Below are positions 12,441 through 22,175 of a DNA stretch of 64,000 bases, piece by piece. The position numbers and the translations under genes were made by a program. How positions within the stretch are numbered: the stretch's first letter is position 1; every line of letters begins with the position of its first letter. Source of the DNA: Prorocentrum cordatum. Lineage: Eukaryota. The notes beneath the pieces were generated by a model. That model was not told where the DNA came from, ran no database searches, and saw only the letters and a program-made list of their open reading frames with translations. The stretch spans positions 310,001 through 374,000 of the forward strand of contig CAUYUJ010000126.1 in the NCBI GenBank assembly GCA_963575745.1. Direction: 5' to 3'.

Positions 12441-14469
12441 GAACCAGCCCTCCTCCGACTGAGGTGAGGGGGAACGTTAGGGAGACTGACCCCGCCGATA
12501 GATCGGCCACAGGCCCCCGAGAGCAAATCCGCAGTTTCCCGGCCCCCAGGGCCCATCCCCCCCATGTCGTTGCCCCCTGGTTCTCGAGTCATGTCGGGCG
12601 GATGCTAAGGGGGGGCGGCCCAGATTGGGGGTGAAGAGCGAGGCCTTCAAGGAGCCCTGCAGGGTCCCTTGTGGAGCCAGCAGGTGCCCGAAAGAGAGCT
12701 CCTTTGGGGCCTTTTTCCCCACCCCCTATGTGGATCACCCCCCCCCCCTTACCACCCGCCCGATCAGAAGTCCGCGCCCTGGCGGCCGTTCGGGACGATC
12801 CAGGTACCCCCCGCCACGCCCTCGGCGGGGCGCAGCCGCTGAAAAAAGCGTTCCGAGGCTGACAAGCCGCCGAGAACCGACGAACACGTTGAAGACCTCG
12901 ACTCCTCGACTCCTCGACCTCGGACCTCGTGGTGGGCCAGAGCCCGCGGAGCCCGAGCCCATCCTGCCCCCTGAGCCAATCCCCCCTCGACGCTGCCCCT
13001 GACGACCCAGGGCCGCGGAAGCGGAACCGAACCGCCGCGTGCCTCCGGCGGCGCCAAGGGCGCGCTCTCGGGCGGCGGGATCCCGAGGCCGAGCAGCCCG
13101 TGCCGCTCCAGCGCGCCCAGGCAGCGGTCCGTCGCCCAGCGGAGGCCGCTCCTGCAGACCTCGCGGCGAGGCGGGGGGCCGAGGTCGACGACGGCAATGA
13201 CGACCACGGCGGCGGCGTCGGCATCGGCGGCGGCACTGGCGGCGGCGGCAGCGAGGAAGTTGTCACTCCGCCCTGACGGCGGGGCAGACGAGGGCCAGGG
13301 CGAAGGCAGAGCAGGCTGCGCTGGATCGAACGGAGGGGATCGGATTGCCAACGAATCGTCCCGAAACGAATCGAAAACGGATCGCCGCGCCTTGCTCCGC
13401 CCGGCCCTGACCGATGCCGGTGAAATAAACCGAATCGAATCGGAACCGCGCCCCAGCCGGCGAATCGAACCGCATCGAATCGGATCGTGGGTGGCCCTGC
13501 AAGGTGGAGTCGAGCAGCCCATCTGTCAGCGCACTCCGCTTTCGCGCGGCTTCTCACCAGCTAAGATGTCAATAGGCTGTCGGGTGTGGCCACGTGCCAC
13601 GTCGGCGAGCGCGATCCTGGCTCTCCCTCCTCCGTCGTCGTCGCAACCTTCTCACTGCTCGCTCCTCACTCCCATGTCGAACGACGTCTGTGATACACGC
13701 CAGACAGCTGAAAACCACTCCCTCGGGGTGGACAAAGGGACCCCACGGGGATCCACCGCGTGAGCCACCCGAGGAGGGGCCGAAACGAGAGGCGCGGAGG
13801 CCCTCCTCCCGTCCTCCCCGTCACCTCTCCTCCGTTTCCTCCCGCTCCTCAGTCCCCCGCTCATCCTCTAGGTTCTCATCCTCCATCTCGTCCGCCCTTC
13901 CCCCCTTCGTCCCCATCACGCCCGCCCGCCCCCCCCCCCCACCTGGTGCAACAGGTAGATGTGCCCGCCGTGGTAGAGTCCAAGCACCCCCTCAGTCTTG
14001 TACCTCAGCTCCGAGCCGTGGCTGCGGGATGGGCGTGGAGAGGTGGAGGCGAGCACGACGACGACGGCGAGCAGGCGGCGCGGCTCTGCTCGTGGACGAG
14101 CAGAAAGACACCCGAGACGTCTCACTTCCAATGCTCTGCATCGTGGACGAGCGATCAGGACGAAGAGTATTGGGCATAGAACCTATTCTCCATCATTCGC
14201 GACAAAGTCCGTGACTGGCCCCACCCCCCCCGTGCCCCACCCCTGGACACGTCACGATTCGCGCTGGCGTTGTCTGGGAATCCAGCCAGCCCTTTAGTGA
14301 GTGGTTTAGGGAGTTTCCTCTTCCAATCTCCTTTTCTTCCCCTCCCCAGACACCCTCCCCCTGGGTCTGGACGGGGCGTTTCGCGAGTCGTTGGGGCGTC
14401 CAAGATGACCTTGGCGAGAACGCCACAATCATTGATTTTACCTAGGGGGGAACTGAATGTACTATGACC

Positions 14470-15430
14470 CCTCCTTTGAACGATCTCTTCCAAGATGGTC
14501 CCAAGATGGCCCCCGAGGATGCCCCAAAAAGGCTCCAAGAGGTGCGCAGGAGGCCCCAACAGGCCCCCACGGTACCCCCAAGATGCCCCCTGAGAGGCTC
14601 TCAAAAGACCCCCCAGAGGCACCCGAGACGCCACAAGAGGCCTTGGCGAGAAGGCCACACCATTGATTTGACTTAGTGCCACATTTCGGCCTCCTGGGAG
14701 GGGGGACCTGAATCTACTACGGCCCCTCATTTGAACGATCTCTTCCAAGATGGTCCCATGATGGCCCCCGAGGGGTGTCCCAAGAGAAGGCTCCAAGAGG
14801 TGCCCAAGAGGCCCCAACAGGCCACCACGGCGCCCCCAACAGGCTCTCAAGAGACTCCCAAAACGCCCCAAGAGGGCCCCCAGAGGCACCCGAAACGCCC
14901 CAAGAGGCCTGGGCGAGAAGGTCACCATGATTGATCGTAGTAGGTTGTTGCCGCATGCTGGCCTCCTGGTGGGGGACCCTAGGTAAGAAGGCCCCCCTCC
15001 TCCTCCTTACCCTTCCTCCTTCCCTCTTCTCCTCCCTCCTCCTCCCTCTTCCTCCTCCCTCCTCCCTCTTCCTCCTCCTCCTCCTCCTCCCCCTCCTCCT
15101 CCTCCTCCTCCTCCTCCTCCTCCTCCTCCTAGGGAAGAAGGCCCCCCTCCTTTGATCGATCTCTTCCAAGATGGTCCCAAGATGGCCCCAAGGTTGCTCC
15201 AAGGAAGGCTTCAAGAGGTGGCGAGGAGGCCCCAAGAGGCCCCCACGATGCTCCCAAGACGCCCCGACGAGGCTCCCAAGAGACCCCCAAGAGGCTTCAC
15301 GAGGCCACCCAGAGGACCCCACGACGCTGCAACAGGCCCCCAGGACTGCCGAGAGACGCTCAAGGCGCCCCAAGAGGATTCCAAGACACTTTCGAAATAA
15401 ATCTGAAGAGACTCCGAGAGACATCCACGA
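14470..15430 (+). repeat. 'CCAAGA'-rich degenerate repeat family (family D)
   Basis: Recurrent gatctcttccaagatggtccca.gatggcccc and ggccccaaga motifs. The same family occurs at ~300-440, ~660-720 and ~61110-62210. Confidence 0.75.
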
Positions 15431-16339
15431 GGCAGCTGGCCTTTCTGCTCGCCCTCCTCCTCCTCCTCGTGCTCCTCCTCCTCCTCCTCCTCCTCCTCCT
15501 CCTCCTCCTCTTCCTCATCCGCCTGCTTCTCCTCCATCCTCATCCCTCCTGCCCCTCCCCATCTCCCTCCTCCTCCTCCTCCTCCTCCTCCTCCTCCTCT
15601 TCCTCCTCCTCCTGCTCCTCTTCCGATTCCTCCTCCATGCTCCCCCTCTTGGGGTACGACGTCTTATCCAATATTTGACTCCACTGCATTATCCTGCGCA
15701 TCCCTGATCAGGACAACTCGTCCGGGCATCGTTTCTGGATGGGTCGGTGGGGTTACGCGAGCCGTCTAGAATCGGCCATTCTGTGGCATTCCCAAACGGC
15801 GCCAGCGCGAATCGCGATGTGACAAGCTCCCTCCCCCCACCCTGGTCACGCCCATTATCGCCAGGGGGTGAACAACATGGCGGAGGGGGGGGGACGACTA
15901 GAACGAAAAGCACAAGGACGAGGAGGTGAGGTGAAGCAGGGCCCTAGGCACAATGCCGCTTGCACCATACCCCTGCTGCAAAAAAAAGCTGTCCGTTTCG
16001 ACAGCGTCGTAGGACGCAAATTCGGCGGTCCAGCGGGCCAGTGGCGTCTCAGATCGTTCTGGCCAGTGTTCCCCCTAACCCTCAGCCAACGAAGACATTT
16101 CTTTTGTGTTGCTATGCGAAAAAACATCAGATGTGTCACAATCCCCCGACTCCAGCTGCCCTGGACACGTCTAAACCAATTCGCGCACAACGGAACGCGC
16201 TGCTGCCTGAGCCGTGTGTTGGTGATGCTGCTGATTACCATCGTTCGCAACTGCTGGGTGCTGCTCGGTGTTGGTTGCTGATGCCTGGTACTGCACGGTC
16301 TTGCTTGCCGCTGCCCGTTGCCTGTCATGCGCTCTCTCC

Positions 16340-16833
16340 CGCACTCCTCCTCATTCGTCCGCTCCTCCGCGCCGTTCATCCTCGTCCATGCTCCCCCCTT
16401 CTCTCCCCACTTCCTCACTTCTCCTTCTCCTACTCGCTCCTCACCCTGCTCCGTCTCGTCCTCCTCATCTTTCCTCATTCCTCCTCATCCTCCTCCTCAT
16501 CATTATCGCTTATCCTCACTGTGGAGTTTGCTCCTCCTCAGTCCCGCCTGCTCCCCCTTACCATCTTCATCTGCGTTCTTCCTCGCCCATCGCTCCTGAC
16601 TCCTCCTCCTCCTCCTCCTCCACATTGTGGTCGTCGTGGTTGTCCTTGCTCCTCCTCCCTCCTCCCCCTCCTCCGCCTCCTCCTCCTCCTCATCAGCATC
16701 AGCATCAGCATCAGCATCAGCATCAGCATCAGCATCAGCATCATCATCAGCATCATCATCATCATCATCATCAGCATCAACATCATCATCATCATCATCA
16801 CCACCATCACCATCACCATCACCATCATCATCG

Positions 16834-16881
<48 letters not shown>

Positions 16882-16991
16882 ACAGCATCAGCATCAGCAT
16901 CATCAGTCATCATCATCATCATCATCATCATCATCAGCATCAGCATCAGCATCAGCATCAGCATCCGCATCAGCATCAGCATCAGCATCAG

Positions 16992-17023
<32 letters not shown>

Positions 17024-17099
17024 CCATCACATCACCATCACCATCACCACCATCATCATCATCATCATCAGCATCAGCATCAGCAGCATCAGCACCACC

Positions 17100-17155
<56 letters not shown>

Positions 17156-17221
17156 GCATCATCATCATCATCATCATCAGCATCAGCATCAGCATCATCA
17201 TCAGCATCAGCATCATCATCG

Positions 17222-17291
<70 letters not shown>

Positions 17292-17593
17292 CATCCTGCT
17301 CGATCCTCCTGCTCCTCCTGCTCCTCCTCCTCCTCCTCCTCCTCCTCCTCCTCCTCCTCCTCCTCCTCCCCCCCTCTTCTCTCTGGTTTTCGCGCTTCCA
17401 CGCTCCTCTTCCTCCTCCTCCAGGCCCCAGGCTGGCGGCCTCTGTCACGCAGGTCGGGCGCGGCCGTCGCACCCCCCCCCCCCCCACCCACCCACCCACC
17501 CATCCGCGCCAGCGTGCATCCTCCTCCTCCTCCCCCTCCTCCTCCTCTTCTCCTCCTCCTCCTCCTCCTCCTCCCCCTCCTCCTCTCCTCCTC
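16340..17593 (+). repeat. Mosaic (CCT)n/(CAT)n/(CAGCAT)n microsatellite
   Basis: Directly visible. It accounts for the first ~320 codons of the 1725-aa track ORF. Confidence 0.95.
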
Positions 17594-20500
17594 CGATCTC
17601 GCCACACTGCTACGTTGAGATCAAGCTGGAGGGCCTCAGGGACGAGCCCTTTGTCTGGGTCGAGGCGCCCCCACGAGCCTTTCCTCTGGCCGACCAGGAG
17701 GCCAAGAGGAAAGCCAGGGAGAAAGCAAAGAGTGCCAAGGTGACCGACCTCACCTCGACCACGGAACCGCCTATGGTACCTGTGCTTGACGAGTGGCAAC
17801 TGGACGCCCCCGTGAACTCAGTCGAGGATGCGGCAGCGATGTGGTTCAAGGCGGCTGAGAAGTACCTGGTGCAGTTGTTCGAGATTCCGTTCTCGGACAG
17901 GAGGCTCTACGTTGGCAGGGAAAAGGGCGTGGTACTCAAGAAGAAGAGGCTGGTGGACTGTGCGAAGGCTATCCTAGAGCGACACGACGAGTCGGACACC
18001 AGAGCTTGGCTGAGTGCCCTCAGGCTATGGGATGCCCTATGTGTGGCATCGTCAGCTCCGTCTGGTTCGAAAGCAGGCAGGCCAGAGCACTCCGCGAGGT
18101 GCGAGAGACAGCTGCTGGCCCTGAAGCTCCCTGAGGCCATCTCGGATTCCCCCTCCCTGCAGGCGAAGGATGTCCAGAAGTGGGTCGCCTTGGCCAAGAG
18201 AGGAGGTCAGTTGTCTGCCTGGTTTCGAACTGTTCTAGCGGAGGAGGTGGATGTGCGCAGACGCAAGGACTCACAGGCCAGGAGTAAGGCCTGGAGAGAG
18301 TTCGGCGACCTCGCAGCTGATGGCTCTGGCAGGCTAGCGCACGCGATTTCCAGGCCCAAGCTGTTGGAGGAGGCGCCCACGCTGGCCAAAGGCAAGCCCC
18401 ATGGTCTGGTGGGAGCTGCTGCGATCACGGCGGTGCTGGAGGAATGGGAAGAGCTGTGGATCTCTGACGACAGGGCCCAGGAGGCAGCGCCGTCTGACTG
18501 GAGTTACCCGTGGAAGCTCGACCAGATCTCGGAGGACCAGATCGTCCAGGTCTGCCGCTCCTTTGGCTTTTCCACTGGTCTAGGCTGGGACAACTTTCAC
18601 ATGAGGTTGGTAAGCTTCCTGGATGGAGTGTTTGTTCGGAGGCTCCAAGAGATTATTTCAAGTTGGGAGCGCAATCCGCACTGTGAACGCATGTGGGTCA
18701 CGATCAATGTATTTCTGCCTAAACCAGGAGGAGGTACACGCCCGATCGGGCTCCTTTGCTTCTGGGCGCGCATTTGGAGCAGATGCAGGAGGCAGTATGT
18801 CAAAGGTTGGGAGGCGTCGGTTGATGCGAAGTTTTTCTGGGGAAAGGATGCCACGACCAGTTGTGACAAAGCGGCGTACGTACACAATATGCTTGCCTGC
18901 TACGCCAGAAGGAAGAGGCTGTCGGCCATAACTGTGTTCTATGACATCCGCAAGTTCTACGAGAATGTCAGTCATCAGCAGCTAAGAGAAGCAGCAGAGC
19001 ACTACAACTTCGACGGCGCCTTGCTGAAGGCGCTCTGCTGCCTGTATCGAGCGCCACGCCGTGCGCGCTGGACAGGAGGCGCGAGCAGAGTCAGTCATCC
19101 GAATGGAACTATCGTGGCTGGCTGCAGTGCGGCAACGGGAGTGGCGAAACTGATGACCTTGTGCCTCCTCAAGCGCCTGGCTGAGGAGACGCCTCCGTGT
19201 CGTGCGTTGAATGTGGTGGACGATTTGACGACGCATACCATCGGAGGCCCAAGGGCGGTTGTTGAGAACACGGTCAAGAGTTTCGAGATTGTCACCTCGG
19301 AGCTGGACTCGAGGAAGTTGCCAATTAATTGGGACAAGACTAGATTCATGATGTCCGATCACTCCCAGCTGCCTGCGTTGGTACAGGATCCCAGGTGGAG
19401 GCTATCGGACGACAAGCTGGTCATCGCCCACCGCGACCTCGGCGGCGACTCGCTGGACGGCAGGGCGAGACGAGTCGGCGCGCAGGCGTCGAGAATTGAG
19501 GCCGCCCGCAGCACTGCAGTTGCCCTACGACAGCTGGGGCAGAGTGAAAAGCATAGTAGAGTTTATCGTGTGGGCGCGCTGGCTAAAGCTTCTTGGGGAT
19601 CCCACATCTTGGGGATCCCGCCGACCACCCTCCATAAACTTAGGGTCCAAGCTGCGAGATCCTGGGGCCCTCTTCTTCCTGGCACTTCCCTGGGCTTCAG
19701 GTTTCTTCCGGCCGCTCGCCTCTGGCTCAGGGACCCGCTTTTGGTGACGGTGACGTCGGCTGTAAAGGAATTCGTCAGCGTTTGGTGGGCCCGCTCGATT
19801 TCTAAACCAGTGTTGGAAGCTTGTGTCCAGGACGCCCTGGCGGTCCAGGGGAGTAGGGCCCCCTGGGGCCAAGTCCGCCAGCCTGTTGCTGCGCTTTTCC
19901 TGCAGCTTGCTCGGATCCGCTGGACTTTCGATGTGTCTCGATTAGCCCTGGTTGACGACCTCAACCGTGTGTGGTCAATTGATCGGTTTTCGCCCAAATT
20001 TTTCACCCTTCTCCTGCGAGGCTCGGTCGTTCGGGCCATTGAGCGGGAGGAGCAGTTGAAACAATTTGATTTCGGGATGTGGAGCGGCCCAGTGTTCTGG
20101 CAGCCCATTCATCAGCTTCTAGGGCGGAAATGTTCGGAGTCGTGGACGAAGTCGCACAAGGCAGCTCTTTCAGCTCTGTGTGCGAATGTGTACTGGTGCC
20201 AGCACAGAGTGTGCGAGCATAGTCCAGAGGCCCCTGACCAATGCCAGCTGTGCAGAGATGGTAGAGGCACGTTGTACCATCGCAGGTTTCAGTGCGTTGC
20301 CTTCGCTCCCTGGCGGCGCGAGAACCTGGATCCCGTGGTTGCTAAGGCGGCTCGTGCGGTTGGCCATCTCCCCACTCCTGCTGGGGAACTTTTTAGCAGA
20401 TGTCTTTTCCCCAACCCTGCGGCCTGGGTGGAGCGACCCCCCCGCGACCCGCAGGACCCGTGCACCAGGCACTTTCAGTGGCCTCAGGACGGCCCCTTGT

Positions 20501-21860
20501 TTATTCCTGAGGGGGCTCATGTGTTCACGGACGGGTCGGGCTTTGAAGGGAAGCTCACAGGACTCGGGACCGCGGGTTGGGCTGTTGTGGTGCTGGACAG
20601 GCAGGGTAGGACCCTCGCTGCCCTTTTTGGTGTCGTGCCGATCGGGGAAGCGCCTGGGCAACAGGCACGCGACGGCGAGGATTTCGCTGTGCTGATGCTC
20701 TCCCGCCGTTCGGTCCTCTCCTCAGGTGTCTCGCTTCATGTGGACTGTGCGGCCACGGTCGGTTGCCTTCGAAACCTCGCGGGGGCAGCTGGTGCGTCGT
20801 CGGCCCGAGCCCACTGGTGGGCTGAGATTGGGGACCGTTTGGAGGGCTTGGCAGTGCATCAGATCCCGTCTCACTCGTCGATGGTTGATGTTAGGGAAGG
20901 CCGCATCACTGAAATGCAGCGTTTCGGGAACTCGGAGGCGGACAGACTCGCCAAGGAAGGAGCTGAGCCATTCCGAATTTCGATTGAGGACCGCCAATTT
21001 GTGACTGGATATGCAGAGCTTGTCCGACGTGTCGGGCTGTACAGTGCCAGGCAGCAGGCTGAGTGTAGGGATTTGGCCCTGAACGATCATCAAGGGTTGG
21101 AATGGCTCGGCTACGTCCTCCTGGATGCGGCCCCTGGCTTCCCCCTTCCTGGTTCGGACCCTGGGGGTGGTGAGCCAAGTGCGCCTAGCGGTGTGCCTCA
21201 GGTTGCGCCTGGTGCGGGGGAAGCCCCTGGCGAGGCCCCTGGTGCTGTTTCTGGTGAGCCGCCTCCCGAGAACCCCCCGACCCCAGGAGCATGGCTCCAG
21301 CTGGGGCACTCCCTTGAGCAGGGGGTGGTATATGAGTCGGATGGCTGCACGTATCACGATACGATGCTGTGTTGCACGGCTTGTGGTGCAATGGCACATT
21401 CCAGCACGAAACGGGGGAATCTTCGGTTGAGGTGTCGTCCTGTTGCGTCTGGGGGACGGGGGTTTTACCTTGACCGATTTCGTGCTGGAAGATATCCTGC
21501 CCATAGGAATCCTAAAGGGCTCACTATGGCGTACACGGGTGCCCCCTCTCTTGAGGTTCGCTCGGAGTGGGGGCCCTTCTTTGAGGCCTGGTCCCAGGGC
21601 CGCGACCGCCCTCCGAGAATAGCTCGGGGTGCCCAGCCCTCGCGCCGCGAGGGTCCCGCTGCCGACCGTGCGCGAGGCCTCGCCTTGCTCGGCCTGACGC
21701 GGGCGGAGGTCGTGGAGCTGGGGGCCGAGGTCGAGGCCAGGCGCTGGAGAGGCGTTCTTCCCGAGGAGGAGGAGGATCTCTTCGGCTGCCTAGGCCCCTC
21801 CTAACTTGTTTGTTTTTGTTGCATGCGAATTGGGTCACTCCCTTCGTGGTCGTGGGCGTC
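17594..21860 (+). mobile_element. Non-LTR (LINE-like) retrotransposon, 5'-truncated (LINE-1 of this window)
   Basis: One uninterrupted reading frame with RT, Zn-finger and RNase H motifs, followed by a ~56-nt 3' UTR. (CCT)n flanks both ends. Confidence 0.9.
17596..21804 (+). CDS. LINE ORF2 polyprotein (5'-truncated): reverse transcriptase, CxxC-H-C zinc finger, RNase H, C-terminal Cys motif
   Basis: RT motifs: FLPKPGGGTRPIGLL (~18712), FYDIRKFYENV (~18937), GTIVAGC (~19105), NVVDD (~19210). Zn finger: CQLC...YHRRFQC (~20242). RNase H: VFTDGS (~20521), GWAVV, EDFAV, HVDC, IPSH, GNSEADRLAKEGA (~20926). C-terminal motif: CCTACG...LRLRC (~21368). Confidence 0.92.
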   Translation: MSPHCYVEIKLEGLRDEPFVWVEAPPRAFPLADQEAKRKAREKAKSAKVTDLTSTTEPPMVPVLDEWQLDAPVNSVEDAAAMWFKAAEKYLVQLFEIPFSDRRLYVGREKGVVLKKKRLVDCAKAILERHDESDTRAWLSALRLWDALCVASSAPSGSKAGRPEHSARCERQLLALKLPEAISDSPSLQAKDVQKWVALAKRGGQLSAWFRTVLAEEVDVRRRKDSQARSKAWREFGDLAADGSGRLAHAISRPKLLEEAPTLAKGKPHGLVGAAAITAVLEEWEELWISDDRAQEAAPSDWSYPWKLDQISEDQIVQVCRSFGFSTGLGWDNFHMRLVSFLDGVFVRRLQEIISSWERNPHCERMWVTINVFLPKPGGGTRPIGLLCFWARIWSRCRRQYVKGWEASVDAKFFWGKDATTSCDKAAYVHNMLACYARRKRLSAITVFYDIRKFYENVSHQQLREAAEHYNFDGALLKALCCLYRAPRRARWTGGASRVSHPNGTIVAGCSAATGVAKLMTLCLLKRLAEETPPCRALNVVDDLTTHTIGGPRAVVENTVKSFEIVTSELDSRKLPINWDKTRFMMSDHSQLPALVQDPRWRLSDDKLVIAHRDLGGDSLDGRARRVGAQASRIEAARSTAVALRQLGQSEKHSRVYRVGALAKASWGSHILGIPPTTLHKLRVQAARSWGPLLPGTSLGFRFLPAARLWLRDPLLVTVTSAVKEFVSVWWARSISKPVLEACVQDALAVQGSRAPWGQVRQPVAALFLQLARIRWTFDVSRLALVDDLNRVWSIDRFSPKFFTLLLRGSVVRAIEREEQLKQFDFGMWSGPVFWQPIHQLLGRKCSESWTKSHKAALSALCANVYWCQHRVCEHSPEAPDQCQLCRDGRGTLYHRRFQCVAFAPWRRENLDPVVAKAARAVGHLPTPAGELFSRCLFPNPAAWVERPPRDPQDPCTRHFQWPQDGPLFIPEGAHVFTDGSGFEGKLTGLGTAGWAVVVLDRQGRTLAALFGVVPIGEAPGQQARDGEDFAVLMLSRRSVLSSGVSLHVDCAATVGCLRNLAGAAGASSARAHWWAEIGDRLEGLAVHQIPSHSSMVDVREGRITEMQRFGNSEADRLAKEGAEPFRISIEDRQFVTGYAELVRRVGLYSARQQAECRDLALNDHQGLEWLGYVLLDAAPGFPLPGSDPGGGEPSAPSGVPQVAPGAGEAPGEAPGAVSGEPPPENPPTPGAWLQLGHSLEQGVVYESDGCTYHDTMLCCTACGAMAHSSTKRGNLRLRCRPVASGGRGFYLDRFRAGRYPAHRNPKGLTMAYTGAPSLEVRSEWGPFFEAWSQGRDRPPRIARGAQPSRREGPAADRARGLALLGLTRAEVVELGAEVEARRWRGVLPEEEEDLFGCLGPS

Positions 21861-22094
21861 CTCCTCTCCTCCTCTCCTCCTCTCCTCCTCTTCTCCTCTT
21901 CTCCTCTTCTCCTCCTCCTCCTCCTCCTCCTCCTCCTCCTCCTCCTCCTCCTCTCCTCCTCTTCCCCCTTCTCCTCCTCGCACGTGCCTGCGCCGCGCGA
22001 GTCCGTCTATCTGGGCCTATCGCCGCGGGAGCTGGAAGCGCGCAGTTGCGGCCAGCGCCCGGGCGCGGGGCTCGGGGAGAAGCTCGAGAGCGGC

Positions 22095-22172
<78 letters not shown>
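21861..22172 (+). repeat. (CCT)n tract (21861-~21980) and (CT)n tract (22096-22172) between the two tail-to-tail LINEs
   Basis: Directly visible. Confidence 0.9.

Positions 22173-22175
<3 letters not shown>

Noticed and set aside
16627..17593. N-terminal third of the 1725-aa ORF as real protein
   Set aside because: It is a translation of microsatellites that happens to be in frame with the truncated LINE.
18937..18975. ENV in KFYENV as a cytosine methyltransferase motif, as in DNMT-carrying dinoflagellate retrotransposons
   Set aside because: It lies within RT motif A, and no FxGxG or PC motifs are arranged as a methyltransferase domain.
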